A stretch of DNA of 64,000 bases, from contig JAHCII010000001.1 in the NCBI GenBank assembly GCA_026129305.1, forward strand, positions 90,270 to 154,269, given 5' to 3'. Of this stretch, positions 62,162 through 64,000 are shown piece by piece. The translations under genes and the position numbers were made by a program. Origin of the DNA: Anaerolineales bacterium (GTDB lineage: Bacteria; Chloroflexota; Anaerolineae; Anaerolineales; UBA11579). The notes under the pieces are model-generated. The model worked only from the letters and a program-made list of their open reading frames with translations, was not told the DNA's origin and searched no databases. Numbering within the stretch: position 1 is the first letter of the stretch; every line of letters begins with the position of its first letter.

Positions 62162-64000
62162 GTGACTGAAAAACCGATTAGCCCACACCGCCCCCACACC
62201 CGCCGCGCCTTCCTGGATGCGCTGGAAAAACGCGTCCTGATCTACGATGGGGCCATGGGCACCAGCCTGCAGACCATGAACCTGACCGCTGAACACTACG
62301 GCGGCGAGAAGTACAACGGCTGCCCGGATTACCTCAATATCACCTATCCTGAGGCGCCGGCTGCGGTGCACCGTTCCTTCCTGGAAGTCGGTGTGGACGT
62401 GGTCGAGACCAACACCTTCCGCAGCAACCGCCTGACCCTGGGCGAATACGGCCTGGGCGAGCGCACGATCGAGATCAACCAGACGGCGGCCCGCTTGGCG
62501 CGGGCGGTCGCCGACGAGTTCAGCACGCCGCAGCACCCACGCTTCGTGGCCGGTTCCATCGGCCCCAGCGGCAAGCTGCCCAGCGCCGACGACCCGACCC
62601 TCTCGGACATTACCTACGACCAATTGGTCGACCTCTTCCGCGAGCAGGCCGTCGGTCTGATCACGGGCGGCGTGGACGTGCTGCTGATCGAAACCTCGCA
62701 AGACATTTTGGAAGTCAAAGCCGCCATCCAAGGCATCCAGCTCGCCTTCGACGAAACCGGTGAAGTCATCCCGGTGCAATGCCAGGTGACGCTGGACACC
62801 ACCGGCCGCATGCTGCTAGGCACTGACATCGCCACAGCCCTGACCATTCTGGACGGGCTGCCGATCGACGCCATCGGCCTCAACTGCTCCACCGGGCCGG
62901 AACACATGCGCCAGCCAGTCAGCTACCTGGGCGAGCACAGCCGCCTGCCCGTCTCAGCCATCCCCAACGCCGGCCTGCCGTTGAATGTCGACGGCGAGGC
63001 GGTCTATCCGCTCGAACCGGAACCCTACGCCGAGGCGATGGCCGAATTCGTCCACAAGCACAATGTCGCCATCGTGGGCGGCTGCTGCGGCACCACGCCG
63101 GAGCATCTGCGCCTGCTGGTCGAGAAGATCCACAACCACCCCACGCCGCCGCGACCTGCACTGGGCCCGGTGCGCATGTCCTCCTCCATTCAGGCGGTGG
63201 ACATGCAGCAAGAGCCGCCGCCGCTTCTGATCGGCGAGCGCCTCAACGGCACCGGCAGCCGCAAGTTCAAACGCCTGCTGATGGCCGAAGACTTCGACGG
63301 TATCCTGCAGATGGCCCGTGAGCAGATCGCTGGCGGCGCACATACCCTGGACATCAGCGTGGCGCTCACCGAGCGGCCGGACGAGGAATATTTGATGTCC
63401 AAGGTGGTCAAGAAGCTGGCCATGGGGGTGGAAGCGCCGCTGGTGATCGACACCACCGAGCCAGAAGTGATGGAAGCCGCCCTCAAGCTGGCCCCCGGCC
63501 GCTGCCTGCTTAACTCGACCCACCTGGAAGCCGGGCGGCCCAAGATGGACCGCGTGTTGGGCATCGCCAAAGAACACAATGCCACTGTGCTATGCCTGAC
63601 CATCGACGAAACCGGCATGGCCAAGACGGCCGAGCGTAAGTTCGAGATCGCCAAGCGCATCCACGACATCGCCGTGGACGAATTCGGCTTCCGCCCGCAA
63701 GACCTGGTCTTCGATGTGCTCACCTTCCCGCTCAGCACCGGCGACACCGAATTCAACAACAGTGCCGTGGAGACGATCAACGCCATCCGCCAGATCAAGG
63801 CCGAGCTGCCAGGCGTGATGACCTCGCTGGGCGTCAGCAATGTCAGCTTCGGCCTGACACCCCAGGCCCGCGCAACACTGAACAGCATGATGCTGCACTT
63901 CTGCGTGCAGGCTGGGTTGGACATGGCCATCGTCCATGCGGAGAAGGTCAAGCCCTACGCCGAAATTCCGTCAGAAGAGCGCCAGCTGATGGAAGACCTG
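62162..64000 (+). CDS. metH: Cobalamin-dependent methionine synthase, N-terminal part (runs off the window)
   Basis: My own translation from GTG at 62162 gives 613 codons without a stop, reaching position 64000. Hcy-binding domain 'IYDGAMGTSLQ', 'GLNCSTGPEHM' and 'VGGCCGTTPEH'. Pterin-binding domain 'LLIGERLNGTGSRKFKRLL' and 'SLGVSNVSFGL'. This gene is not in the supplied ORF track. Confidence 0.9.
   Translation, partial: MTEKPISPHRPHTRRAFLDALEKRVLIYDGAMGTSLQTMNLTAEHYGGEKYNGCPDYLNITYPEAPAAVHRSFLEVGVDVVETNTFRSNRLTLGEYGLGERTIEINQTAARLARAVADEFSTPQHPRFVAGSIGPSGKLPSADDPTLSDITYDQLVDLFREQAVGLITGGVDVLLIETSQDILEVKAAIQGIQLAFDETGEVIPVQCQVTLDTTGRMLLGTDIATALTILDGLPIDAIGLNCSTGPEHMRQPVSYLGEHSRLPVSAIPNAGLPLNVDGEAVYPLEPEPYAEAMAEFVHKHNVAIVGGCCGTTPEHLRLLVEKIHNHPTPPRPALGPVRMSSSIQAVDMQQEPPPLLIGERLNGTGSRKFKRLLMAEDFDGILQMAREQIAGGAHTLDISVALTERPDEEYLMSKVVKKLAMGVEAPLVIDTTEPEVMEAALKLAPGRCLLNSTHLEAGRPKMDRVLGIAKEHNATVLCLTIDETGMAKTAERKFEIAKRIHDIAVDEFGFRPQDLVFDVLTFPLSTGDTEFNNSAVETINAIRQIKAELPGVMTSLGVSNVSFGLTPQARATLNSMMLHFCVQAGLDMAIVHAEKVKPYAEIPSEERQLMEDL

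Noticed and set aside
61946-63951. Minus-strand ORFs 61946..62779, 62954..63577 and 63190..63951
   Set aside because: They are the only ORFs listed in this region, but they are antisense to an uninterrupted + strand frame. That frame encodes clear MetH homocysteine- and pterin-binding motifs. The first of these ORFs also runs through the S-box riboswitch.
1-64000. Search for tRNA, rRNA, CRISPR arrays, transposases, integrases and prophage or canonical defence genes
   Set aside because: No intergenic gap has a cloverleaf-like sequence or rRNA-like conservation, and I saw no regularly spaced repeats. No ORF has DDE, tyrosine or serine recombinase, restriction-modification, Cas, or toxin-antitoxin signatures that I could recognise. 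Absence is by eye only.

Overview
High-GC (about 60-68% in the lines I counted) bacterial chromosomal window, densely coding. Gene content and intergenic repeat style look Chloroflexota-like, which is inference only. I saw no rRNA, tRNA, CRISPR array, transposase or integrase. The backbone is housekeeping: a complete nusA-ylxR-infB-rbfA-nrnA-truB-ribF block followed by thyA-folA on the minus strand, plus rarA, acnA, nth, holB, pcrA, galE, ftsK, rnz and a 5'-partial-window metH. metH is not in the supplied ORF track because it runs off the window end. Two riboswitches are readable directly. A TPP (THI-box) riboswitch with a terminator/SD-sequestering platform heads a six-gene thiamine salvage/uptake operon on the minus strand. 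An S-box/SAM-I riboswitch with a terminator sits upstream of metH. The most interesting loci are these. (1) At the left edge, a translationally coupled DEDDh exonuclease, a 437-aa protein with a Pol-beta-type nucleotidyltransferase signature (GS-x11-DxD), and an NTF2-like protein. (2) The conserved but functionally unassigned histidine phosphatase / DUF3090 / SCO1664-kinase-like trio, split here by a PD40-type lipoprotein gene. (3) A roughly 35-45% GC leucine-rich-repeat gene embedded in roughly 65% GC DNA. (4) DUF402 and PNPOx-like genes inside the TPP-riboswitch operon. (5) A promoter, palindrome and leader terminator directly upstream of nusA. (6) An orphan 492-aa protein bracketed by strong hairpins. 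Most long ORFs lying antisense to these genes are high-GC shadow ORFs and were rejected. All domain calls come from motif reading of the translations, not database searches.
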